A stretch of 64,000 nt of DNA from Eledone cirrhosa (taxonomy: Eukaryota): assembly GCA_964016885.1 (NCBI GenBank), contig OZ024757.1, forward strand, positions 24,986,001-25,050,000, read 5' to 3'. The position numbers and the translations under genes are program-made. Positions 33,655 through 45,539 of this stretch are shown here, piece by piece. The notes beneath the pieces are model-generated. The model ran no database searches. It was not told the DNA's origin and saw nothing but the letters and a program-made list of their open reading frames with translations. Within the stretch, counting starts at the first letter, position 1; every line of letters starts with the position of its first letter.

Positions 33655-33820
33655 CAGCCTGTGGCGTTTGGGGGAGTCGGGATACTGACTGCGAGATTCC
33701 TATCTTCACTGGCGGCTAGTCTGACGAAGGTGACTGGTGAAGCTCGTGAGGGCACTTGGTTGTTCTAGCTCCTCAGCCTCGCCATCGCCCGAGGTAACGC
33801 TGCAGACGTGCTGGCTTGCC
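33655..33820 (+). mobile_element. CRE-like RLE extreme C-terminal fragment; copy at 58984-59150, diverged relative at 44955-45175
   Basis: PVA...FLSSLAASLTKVTGEAREGTWLF(Q)LLSLAIARGNAADVL. Confidence 0.72.
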
Positions 33821-34982
33821 TAAAAAATTATTAGAGAGGTTTCCCAGTGCTCCTCGCAATACTGTTATCTTTTGCTCTAGTAGCAGCTCGTTTGTCCACC
33901 CCTTTCGCTTGCCTTTGGTTGTATGTGGTCCTAGATGTATTACCTGCTTGTGTGTTGTATGTGCTCCTAGATGTATATATTACCTGCTTGTGTGTTGTAT
34001 GTGGTCCTAGATGTATGTATTACCTGTTTATGTGTTGTATGTGGTCCTAGATGTGTGTATTACCTGGTTATGTGGTCCTAGATGTGTGTATTACCTGGTT
34101 ATGTGGTCCTAGATGTATGTATTACCTGCTGGTGTGTTGTATGTAGTCCCAGATGTGTGTGATAGCCGCTTGTGTGTTGTATGTGGTCCTAGATGTGTGG
34201 ATTACCTGTTTATGTGTTGTATGTCGTCCCAAATGTGTGTGCTACTTCTGATGCTTCTGTGATTTGTTTTCTTTCTTCTTTCTCTCTTCCGAGAAACAAT
34301 CCTGTATTTTTTAAATCTATTCCATGTGTTAAGTAATTAGCAGCAACAACAAACTGATTTTCAGTTGTAAAAAGAATCTTTAAACCTTCACCATTTACAT
34401 TAACACATACCATATGTTGTCCCAGCCACAAATAAACAGTAAAAAAAACTTACTTTGCGGTTAAATTCTTCACAATTAAAAGAAAATTATTTCTAACACG
34501 TTTCTAGAGAACACCAAGTTTACACCTTCAATATCCGGTAAAAGTAAAAACAAATTCCGGAGACATTTAACGAAACGAAACTTTGTAAAGAAAAACGAAA
34601 ATTAAACGAAGACAAATAGTAAATTTTTATTTTTATTAAATAAAATACCAGTAATTCACCGGATTAGATTTAATCAACTTTCTTCTCTCTGCACGAAAAA
34701 CGAAAAAAATTCCTGACTTAGTGCTTAATATATAGAGAGGGGAGAGTTTGGTGTTACTTGATATAGAGAGGGGTATTGGAAGAGAGTGCCGTGTAGTAGA
34801 TATAGAGAGGGAGAGAGTTAGTGCTAATTGATATAAAGAGGGGGATTTGGACCCCCCCCCGCCTCCCCCAAGAAAAATTATGAAATGCTTCCACCTCCCT
34901 GTACATATATATATAGTATACACACACAGACATATATATATGTATATATTATATATATAGTAAATAAATATGTGTGTGTATC

Positions 34983-35165
34983 AGTGGTCCCCAAACTTTT
35001 CTGATCCACACCCCTCCTCTAAAATATGTTTATGTTCCCCTTTAATATAAAAACAATCCGAGTCTTCTGAAAGTGTTATTACTGTAATATAAAGTAGAAA
35101 CCCTTTATTTAAACAAAGCTACGATGCAGCGATGATCAAAACAAACTTCTCGTAGGTGCTGCCAA
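34983..35165 (+). mobile_element. hAT-like MITE 5' part, same family as the palindrome arms; copy at 60273-60455
   Basis: Starts CAGTGGTCCCCAAAC; continues TTATTACTGTAATATAAAGTAGAAACCC, shared with about 26180 and with 27420-27570 in reverse. Confidence 0.65.
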
Positions 35166-36266
35166 GCGGGGAAAAGTGGATGTATAATGATGATGATATA
35201 TATATATATATATATCTCCCACCCTTGCAAACAGGGAAAAGCAGACGTAAAATGAAAATGATGATATATAGATAGATATGTATATATATATATATATTTA
35301 TACTTATGTCATGGTGGCTACAGCTGCCAAGAGGAAGAAGCCGGACAAATCCTCTGATATTTGTTTATCTTCCTTTCCTTTGTGTATATATATTATGTGT
35401 GTGTGTATGAAGATGTATGACTCCCTAGCAAGCCAAACTACAGTTACTCCCCAACATGGAGAGCAAATTAAAACATTACCTGTTAGAGACGAACGTGAAA
35501 TGATTTGTGAGTGAACTACCGGTGTAACAGTAATTATGTTACCGGTGTAACTATTTCTGTTTACCTTATTTTTAAATCACACACCTATATTAGTTTAGTG
35601 ACCTTTCAATTCAAATAAATTCTTGATGATGAGTGAACTCGCATCGGAGTAGCCCAACGCCTTGGCCTCCGCGTGTGTGAGCCACATAAATGCTCTCAAC
35701 GACATAGTGAGAAGAAGCCTGGACGCAGCTGAATTTCCATCTCAACTGGAGCCAGCAGGCCTAGCCCGCGGAGATGGCAAGCACCCCGAGGGAATCACCC
35801 TCTTCCCATTCGAAGGAGGTAGATCCACAAACCCCAGCATCGCTGCACGTCTCGCAGATGAACATAAAATAAACAAATTCCGGTGTTTGTCCTGGAGCTT
35901 CTTCTACGCACCAGACACCGTCGAGACCCCAGGCCTACTTGGACCCATTACAGCCGAGCTCCTCCGCAAGATCGGAGTGTTTGTGGCCCGTCTGAGGATG
36001 GAGTCCCACGAGGTTTGATGGCTGTTGCAGCAGGTGTCACTGCCCTTACATATATATACGTACATGTTCCCTTGACTGCTATTTCTAGCATATATTAATA
36101 GACACTTTAGAAACAGCAGCTAAAAATCAGGAAACAACAGTGTGTGTCTGTATATATATACACAGAGAGAAAGAGAGAGAGAGAGAGAGAGAGCAGCCAA
36201 AGACACACACACACATACACACAGGTGTATGTCTGCGTCTAGGTATATATATGTATGTGTCTTTGC

Positions 36267-36361
<95 letters not shown>

Positions 36362-36487
36362 CAGTGATCCCCCTCACAACCTTTAATCAAACAAACCTGC
36401 GATGTGGGCGATGATCAAAATAAACACCAACATGTGAACAAACAGCCCAAAGGTGCTGCCGGATACACGATAACATGTGTAGACGAA

Positions 36488-37136
36488 GTAAAACTTTTAT
36501 TACTGTAATATAAAGTAGAAACCCTTTATTTAAACAAAGCTGCGATGCAGCGATGATCAAAACAAACTTCAAAATGTAAATAAACTTTTCGTAGGTGCTG
36601 TCAGATACACGATAACATGTGTATCTGGAAGTTTGGTCGTATTATATCACTTTCAAATTGACCTCTATTATATTCAAATTATCCCCTGTGGGGGGTGCGC
36701 CCCACGTTGAGAATCCCTCATAAATAAATATATGTGAGTGTGTTGCTATGACTGCTATTTCTAGCAGGTTTACTGCCGTCCTGTAGACGCACACCAAAAA
36801 CCGGAAGTGGCAGCCATTAAAAAACTTTGGCTTAAAATCAGGCAAAAGTTTTTAAACAATTTGCCAAGAAAGATAACTCTTGTCTTACTTAATCGCAATA
36901 ATTGAGCCAAAAATTTTGCGGGTGTGCAGATTGTTTGGTCGCATTTGCTGCTATTTCTAGCATGTATGGACATTTTAGAAATAGCAGCGAAAAACGGAAA
37001 ACAGCAGAAAGAAGGACACACACCTATATATATATATGTATATATATATATTTTGGATATGTGTGTGTTTGTTTATATGTATATATATATATATATATGT
37101 ATGTATATATATATATATACATATATATTTATATAT

Positions 37137-37168
<32 letters not shown>

Positions 37169-37982
37169 TTATGGATATGTGTCTGTTTGTTTATATGTAT
37201 ATATATATATATACGTGTGTGTGTATATATATATGTATATATATATATATATATATGTATCTCTATATATATATATATGTATATATAGGTGTGTGTCCTT
37301 CTTTCTGATGTTTTCCGTGTTTCGCTGCTATTTCTAAAGTGTTATTTCATAAAGTGCTATCTAAAGTGCTATTTCATACATGCTAGAAATAGCAGTCAAA
37401 TACCAGCAAACAAGACCAAATTAACTGCACAGCCGCAATATATATATGATATATAAATATATGTGAGTTGCTATGACTGCTATTTCTAGCAGGTTATTCC
37501 TAGCGTGTAAACTGCACACCCGCAAAATTTTTATCTCGATTTTTGCGATTAAGTAAGGCAAGAGTTATCTTTCTTGGCAAAAACACCCTGGTTTGTTTAC
37601 ATTAAATTTTCTGTTGTTTAAAAACTTTTCACTGATTTTAAGCCAAAGTTTTTTAATGGCTGCCACTTCCGGTTTTTGGTGTGCGTCTACAGGACTGCAG
37701 TAAACCTGCAAGAAATAGCAGTCATAGCAACACACTCACATATATTTATTTATGAGGGATTCTCAACGTGGGGTGCACGCCCCACAGGGGATAATTTGCA
37801 TATAATAGGGGTCAATTTGAAAAATACGACCCAGTTACACTTCGTCTACACATGTTATCGTGTATCTGGCAGCACCTACGAGAAGTTTGTTTACATTTTG
37901 GAGTTTGTTTTTATCATCGCTGCATCGTAGCTTTGTTTAATTAAAGGATTTCTACTTTATATTACAGTAATAACACTTTTAC
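36488..37982. repeat. Palindrome copy 2
   Basis: Colinear with 26168-27518, with a longer central TA-rich spacer. Confidence 0.93.
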
Positions 37983-40129
37983 AAGACTCTGTTTGTTTTT
38001 ATATTAAAGGGGGACATAAACATATTTTAAATGTTTAAATATATTTATTTATTTATGTCCTTCTCTCTGTTGTTTACTAAACTCTGAATTCAGCATTTTT
38101 CTGTTCTTCTCTAGGGTTCGAGCATGTATATATATATGGCAGTCAACCTCACTTGGCACAGACTCGAAAAAGCCGCCGCTAATCGTGATCGTTGAGGTTA
38201 TAATTAAACTAAAATGCTTCCACTGGGCACGATAAGCTGATCATGATCGTTGGAGAGTGTTTTCTGCGCTGAACCTAAGATTAAAAGATATATATATATA
38301 TAGCTGTTTAAACGGCCGGAGCTCAGCCGTCGGGGTGCTGAATATTTTCATATATATGTATGTGTATGTATATGTATGTGTGTGTGTTTTGCGAATTAAT
38401 AATTATATAAACAAGTTTGTAATGAACAATTTATTTATTATCAAAACTGTATAAACATGATATTATTTACAGTAACAATAACAATAATAATGATGATTTC
38501 TAGTAAAGGGGGAAGGACAGTAATTTGGGGGAGGGTAAAGTCGATTAAATCGAAGAGAGAAAGAAAGAAGAAACAACGAATAGGAGAGGGGATGGCAAGA
38601 ACTCCGGTGTCGCAGAAAATAGGGGAGGGTGGTTGAGCTTTGGGCCTAGGGCAGAAATGCTGCGCCCCACGGACAAGATGGCAAAAGTATTCTCACGGAC
38701 GATGCCAGTTATACCCAATGTAACAACCACCCAACCTGGCGGGATTCCTTCCTCAGACGGGCCGCTGACGCTTTGATCCTGCGGAGGAGCTCGGCAGTAC
38801 GGGGTCCAAGTACCTCTGAGGTCTCGACATTGACTGGTGCAGAGAGGAAGCGGCCGGACAATCCTCGGTATTTGTTTATTTTACGTTCTTCTGAGAAGCG
38901 GGCGGCGATGCTGGGGTTTGTGGCCGAAACAACTTGGAAACGAAGTTGGAGGCGGAGATTGTGTCGTTGCTGGTGGTGTCCCACATGAGGGACCTACCTC
39001 CTTCGAATGGGAAGAGAGTGATTCCGTCGGGGCGCTTGCCATCTCCGGGACCTGTTGAGAACAGCGAGTATCTATTCAATAATTATTTGAATATTGAAAT
39101 TTTAGGTTTAACTACCTTTTAAACCAAATACATTAAGAAAGGCATAAACAACACCACATCATTTTTATTTCGATTTTGAAAGTAGATTTATAAGTATTAA
39201 ATTTCAGTAGATTCCTATAGCCTTCATGGTGGTCTGGTGGGAGATACCAGAGCAAGTGGAGCTTCTAGTCTGGGGTTCAATCCTAGTCAGGAGATACTCG
39301 AAAGAGTTCATATTAAACTTATTCAGTTTTTTTTCTTATCTCTAGAGATAAATACATATACATAAGGTAATTTGTTAGAACATCAGATAGAATACTTTGT
39401 AGTATTTTTTCCAGTTCTTTATTCTCAGTTCAACTTTACTTTTCTTACATTCGGGGTTGATAATAAAGTACCAGTCAAATACTAGGAGTTCTCTCTTACT
39501 CTATATCTCTTTCTCACTCTCTCTTTTATTCAGACCTGGAGAGGAGATGTACTCTGCCAGGTTTTATAATGAGTTATGGGGTCATACCTGCCTGCAACAT
39601 CACTGTGTACTGAGTGTAGCATTTTATATCCTTGTTCTGGGCCTTCCGAACACCACTGTGTATTAAGTGTAGCTTTTAATATCCTTGTTCAGGGCCTTCA
39701 TAATACCAGACTAGCTAATGTGTATATTATATTGTTATAGAGGAACTAAGTATGTCCTTTAGGTTCTGTAATGTACACTAGTTGGCCCTAATGGTAGCAC
39801 CAGCCCTGTATAAAACTGTGATACTTTAAGGTTCAGTAATGTACCTATCTGATGTCTGTACCCTAGCTGGTTGTCTGTCTCTCTCTACCCTAGGTGTCTC
39901 TGTGTCTCTCTGTACCCTAGGTGTCTCTGTGTCTCTCTGATGTCTGTACCCTAGGTGTCTCTGTGTCTCTCTAATGTCTGTACCCTAGGTGGCTCTGTGT
40001 CTCTCTAAGGTCTGTACCCTAGGTGGCTCTGCGTCTCTCTAAGGTCTGTACCCTGGTTAGCTGGGTATCTCACTGAGATCTGTACCCTAGGTGGCTCTGT
40101 GTCTTATTAAGGCCTGTGTCTTATGTGGC

Positions 40130-40260
40130 TGTCATCATCATTATCATCGCCACTGTCATCATCATTATCATCGCCACTGTCATCATCATTATCATCGCCA
40201 CTGTCATCATCATTATCATCGCCACTGTCATCATCATTATCATCGCTGTCATCGCCACAG
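40130..40260. repeat. 24-bp tandem repeat, about 5 copies (only 1-2 copies in the paralogous modules)
   Basis: Unit GTCATCATCATTATCATCGCCACT. Confidence 0.9.
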
Positions 40261-40715
40261 TCGTCGTCAGGGCTGGATTACCTCACAACGGTAGTGAACA
40301 TATTTAGATGTGATCATACGAAAGGAATAGTTGAAACATATCAGATCTGAAATAAAGAGAGTTAGATGATGTAGAGAGAGAGAGAGGGAGACTCGCAGAC
40401 AGTGAGAGAGAGAGAGAGAGGAAAACATTGATTGTGTTCACCACATTAAGTTACTATCTTACTAATGAAACAATTAATAATTTTAGTAAATTCTTCAAAA
40501 TTCTTCATTAATTAATTGAAAGAGAGTGTATTTTATTAGAAATGTGGTCATAAAAAAATAATAATAATGAATTATTGTGTACAGTGCTAAGGTGCACTAC
40601 AACTCATCAAAGGTGCATGTATGGTATATAGAATAATGTACAAATGTCAGGAAAGTAAACAGTGTATGAGTCATGATATACCTGTGTGTGTGTATGTAAG
40701 GAGGGGGGATATTAC

Positions 40716-42705
40716 CTAACAACTGATGCAGGTAGTTTGTTCCATGGAGGTTTTAAAGGATGTAGTGTCTCGACAGCTAACAACTGATGCAGGTAGTTTG
40801 TTCCATGGAGGTTTTAAGGGATGTAGTGTCTAGACAGCTAACAACTGATGCAGGGAGTTTGTTCCATGGAGGTTTTAAGGGATGTAGTGTCTAGACAGCT
40901 AACAACTGATGCAGGGAGTTTGTTCCATGGAGGTTTTAAAGGATGCAGTGTCTCAACAACTAACAACTGATGCAGGTAGTTTGTTCCATGGAGGTTTTAA
41001 AGGATGTAGTGTCTCCACAGCTAACAACTGATGCAGGTAGTTTGTTCCATGAAGGTTTTAAAGGATGTAGTGTCTAGACAGCTAACAACTGATGCAGGGA
41101 GTTTGTTCTATGGAGGTTTTAAAGGATGCGGTGTCTCGGCAGCTAACAATTGATGCAGGTAGTTTGTTCCATGGAGGTTTTAAAGGATGCAGTGCCTCAA
41201 CAGCTAACAACTGATGCAGATAGTTTGTTCACTGGAGGTTTTAAAGGATGCAGTGTCTTCACAGCTAACAACTGATGTAGGTAGTTTGTTCCATGGAGGT
41301 TTTAAAGGATGTAGTGTCTCGACAGCTAACAACTGATGCAGGTAGTTTGTTCCATGGAAGTTTTAAAGGATGCAGTGTCACGACAGCTAACAACTGATGC
41401 AGGTAGTTTGTTCCATGGAAGTTTTAAAGGATGCAGTGTCTCGACATCTAACAACTGATGCAGGTAGTTTGTTCCATGGAGATTTTAAAGGATGCAGTGT
41501 CTCGACATCTAACAACTGAAGCAGGTAGTTTGTTCCATGGAGGTTTTAAAGGACGTAGTGTCTCAACAGCTAACAACTGAAGCAGGTAGTTTGTTCCATG
41601 GAGGTTTTAAAGGATGCAGTATCTCGACAGCTAACAACTGATGCAGGTAGTTTGTTCCATGGAGGTTTTAAAGGATGCAGTGTCTCGACAGCTAACAACT
41701 GATGCAGATAATTTGTTCCATGGAGGTTTTAAAGGATGCAGTGTCTCGACAGCTAACAACTGATGCAGGTAGTTTGTTCCATGGAGGTTTTAAAGGATGT
41801 AGTGTCTCAACAGCTAACAACTGATGCAGGTAGCTTGTTCCATGGAGGTTTTAAAGGATGCAGTGTCTCGACAGCTAACAACTGATGCAGGTAGTTTGTT
41901 CCATGGAGGTTTTAAAGGATGCAGTGTCTCGACATCTAACAACTGATGCAGGTAGTTTGTTCCATGGAGGTTCTAAAGGATGCAGTGTCTCCACAGCTAA
42001 CAACTGATGCAGGTAGTTTGTTCCATGGAGGTTTTAAACGATGCAGTGTCTCCACAGCTAACAACTGATGCAGGCAGTTTGTTCCATGGAGGTTTTAAAG
42101 GATGTAGTGTCTCGACAGCTAACAACTGATGCAGGTAGTTTCTTCCATGGAGGTTTTAAAGGATGCAGTGTCTCGACAGCTAACAACTGATGCAGGTAGT
42201 TTCTTCCATGGAGGTTTTAAAGGATGCAGTGTCTCCACAGCTAACAACTGAAGCAGGTAGTTTGTTCCATGGAGGTTTTAAAGGATGCAGTGTCTCCACA
42301 GCTAACAACTAATGCAGGTAGTTTGTTCCATGGAGGTTTTAAAGGATGCAGTGTCTCCACAGCTAACAACTGATGCAGGTAGTTTGTTCCATGGAGGTTT
42401 TAAACGATGCAGTGTCTTGACATCTAACAACTGAAGAAGGTAGTTTGTGCCATGGAGGTTTTAAAGGATGTAGTGTCTCGACAGCGAACAACTGATGCAG
42501 GTAGTTTGTTCCATGGAGGTTTTAAAGGATGCAGTGTCTAGACAGCGAACAACTGATGCAGGTAGTTTGTTCCATGGAGGTTCTAAAGGATGCAGTGTCT
42601 CGATAGCTAACAATTGATGCAAGTAGTTTGTTCCATGGAGGTTTTAAAGGATGCAGTGTATTCACAGCTAACAACTGATGCAGGTAGTTTGTTTCATGGA
42701 GGTTT
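40716..42705. repeat. 61-bp minisatellite, about 32 copies, CR1-derived; shorter arrays at 30660-31095 and 46030-46446
   Basis: Unit AACTGATGCAGGTAGTTTGTTCCATGGAGGTTTTAAAGGATGCAGTGTCTCGACAGCTAAC. Confidence 0.98.
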
Positions 42706-42708
42706 ACA

Positions 42709-43004
42709 TTGGAAGTACAACCAAATAATTGTTTCTGGCACAAGGCCAGCAATTACTGGTACTTTATTCTATCGACCTCATAAGGATGAAAACAAAGTCA
42801 ACCTTAGAGGGATTTGAACGCAGAACGTAAAGGGCCATAACCCTATGCTGTAAAGCATGGTGTCTGGCGCTCTACTGATACTGCCAATCCACCGCCCTAG
42901 TACCAACAAATAATGACTGCTCACCACAAAAAATGGCTATGATAAGAGAGGTGTTGCATGAATGTAATCCATATGTCGAAGTGTACAATACAATGCATGG
43001 CATC
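42709..43004 (+). mobile_element. Third, short fragment of the Helitron relic including its SINE A insertion
   Basis: Matches 21317-21613 and 46450-46745. Confidence 0.88.
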
Positions 43005-43564
43005 ACAAATGAATATATATATATATATATATATACTACTAAAGTGTATGTAAAATTTTAAAATAAATACTTAAATTCAATTTGTATAATTACACATACA
43101 ATATGTTTTGTTGTAAAACCCTAAATAATGATTTAAGAAATGATGTCAATCTCTTTGTACAGAGAAAAACAATTTATATATATGCATCGTGTGCGTGTGT
43201 ATACTCCATTTAAGACAGCGAAAAACCTAGTACCTCCTTCAAAGAATGCCAAATAGTTTATGCCTAAGGTGTAACACTAATTAAGTTACCGGTGTAGATA
43301 TTTCAGTTGAACCCTGCTTCAAACATGCATATTATTATTATATATTTTCAAACACACTTACATACATTATATTTATACACATAGAAATAATAAGTTAAAA
43401 CTAAGTATAATGATATAACAACAGTATATAATAGTTTTCTTCACTTTATTGAGATGCAATCGTTTTAAAGAAAAAACATGACAGAATAAGAAATATTTAA
43501 TATGATAACATAATATTTCAGGTAGGATGGTGGTTTCTCTATGATGGTGGTTTCTCTTTGAACT

Positions 43565-43735
43565 AATAATTGTTTCTATTTTAGGCACAAGGCCAGCAAT
43601 TAACCAGTACATTACTGGTACTTTATTTTATTGACCCCGTAAGGATGAAAGGCAAAGTTGACCTCGGATCGTAAAGGGACGTAACTATGCTGGAAAGCAT
43701 GGCGTCAGACCCTCTACCGATACTGCCAATTCACC
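43565..43735 (-). mobile_element. SINE family A copy
   Basis: Reverse complement of 672-866 with a small internal deletion. Confidence 0.8.
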
Positions 43736-43929
43736 ATACAGTATAATTATACAAACATGCATATAGATAGCAATATATATACACTAATATGTATGTACAT
43801 ATTTACACATATGTACATATATATAGGGAGAGAGAGAGACACATGTATGTATATATATATACACATGCGTGTATGTATGTGTGTTTATGTACATTCTTCG
43901 GTATATATATATCGGTATACACATTGGAG

Positions 43930-44478
43930 ACACAGAGAGAGAGAGTTGAAACGAGAGATGAGAGAGTTGAAACAAGAGAGATGGTTGAAACGCGAGGAGA
44001 GAGAGAGAGTTGAAACGAGAGGAGAGAGAGAGAGTTGAAACGAGGAGAGAGTTGAAACAAGAGGGTGAGGGGAGAGAGGGGAGAGAGTGATGAAACGAGT
44101 TGGAGATAGAGTGTGAAAGAGAGAGAGAGAGGAAGAGAGAGAGAGAGAGGAAGAGAGAGAGAGGGGAAGAGAGAGAGAGAGAGAGGAAGAGAGAGAGAGA
44201 GAGAGGAAGAGAGAGAGAGGAAGAGAGAGAGGGAGAGAGGGGGATGAAACAAGAGGGTGAGGTGAGGGATGAAACAAGAGAGAGAGGGGAGAGAAAGAGA
44301 GAGAGAGAGAGAAAGAACTGAAACAAGAGAGAGATGAAACAAGTGAGGGATTAGAGAGAGATGAAACAAGTGAGGGATTAGAGTGTTGAAACAAGAGAGA
44401 GAGCGAGATGAAATGAGACAGGGAGAGCGAGATGAAATGAGAGAGTGAGAGCGAGATGAAACGAGAGAGTGAGAGCGA
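43930..44478. repeat. GA-rich purine tract with a recurring TGAAAC motif; shorter paralogue at 20650-20795
   Basis: Directly visible. Confidence 0.9.
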
Positions 44479-44684
44479 GCCCCTGTGGCTAATAATTCTG
44501 ACATGTAATGTTATGGACATCTCTGCCCCTATGGCTAATAATTCTGACATGTAATGTTATGGACATCTCTGCCCCTGTGGCTAATAATTCTGACATGTAA
44601 TGTTATGGACATCTCTGTCCCTGTGGCTAATAATTCTGTCATGTAATGTTATGGACATCTCTGCCCCTGTGGCTAATAATTCTG
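44479..44684. repeat. 46-bp tandem repeat, about 4.5 copies
   Basis: Unit GCCCCTGTGGCTAATAATTCTGACATGTAATGTTATGGACATCTCT. Confidence 0.93.
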
Positions 44685-45539
44685 TTCAAATCTGACTGAC
44701 ATGCATGGTATATATTTATGTTTCATTATAAACCAAAGAACATTGAGCAGCATTTCTCAACCTTTCTACCCATGTTGATCTCTTGAAATAGTTTTTATGT
44801 CTCAGGGAAGCCCTGCATAAAATATACTTTTTCTATCTCTAGAGCAGTGGTTCCTAAATCGTGTGCTGCGAGATGAAACTAGATGAGCTGCAAAAGACTA
44901 AGATGTGAAAAATATAAAACTGAAATTTCATATAAAAGTTCAAATATAGCTACAGCCACAAACCTAGGCTCCACACCCCGCAACGCAGAGGAGAGTAAGA
45001 TAGTACCGAGGCCTGACTCACTTCTTCCACTCCATTGAGACCTCTGCCATACTTGGTCCCCGTACTGCTGATTTCCTCCATAAAGTCGGGAGGAAATACG
45101 GCAGGAGCCTCGTGAGGAGGGGCGACTATTGTAGCAGGTGTCTCTGGCCTTGCTCCGAGGTAACGCTTTTACGTTTCTTCCACGGGTTGCGGCTGAGGGA
45201 CCACTTAGACTGGGGTGAAGTGTCTGTCCCTCCCCCGACTTCTTACTTCTTTTCTTTTCTCCTTTTCATTTTCTTTTCTCTTCTTGCTTATCTCTGCTAT
45301 ACCACGGCATCAAAAACATATATGATATATGTATGTATGGTATAGGTGTATTTATATTTAGGATAGTTATCAAAGGTAAATAGACTGGTTGGAGCAATAA
45401 CAGTCTTGTTTATGTATATACACACATATATATATGTTTGTTCTTGTATTTCCATAGAAAAGGTAAAGAAAAGAAGAATGCTCTATGTATTGTACAGAGC
45501 TATTTAATTACATAATAAACAACAGAATATAATTATTCC

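Noticed and set aside
33715-33750. Second hammerhead (CTGACGA...GAA)
   Set aside because: No stem II pairing or GAAA-stem III; the sequence is explained as CRE-like coding sequence (LTKVTGEARE).
40091-40350. His/Cys-rich metal-binding peptide (HHHYHRHC)n
   Set aside because: Produced by a 24-bp repeat expanded in only one module copy; all three frames are open and there is no gene context.
40716-42705. Hammerhead-containing satellite (CTGATG motif in each unit)
   Set aside because: The motif is CTGATGC, not CTGATGA, with no GAAA partner; the unit is CR1 coding sequence in reverse.
43234-43263. Possible 30-nt minus-strand exon (xINYLAFFEG)
   Set aside because: Weak acceptor tract and donor (GTACTA), single copy and no supporting neighbours; compatible with chance.
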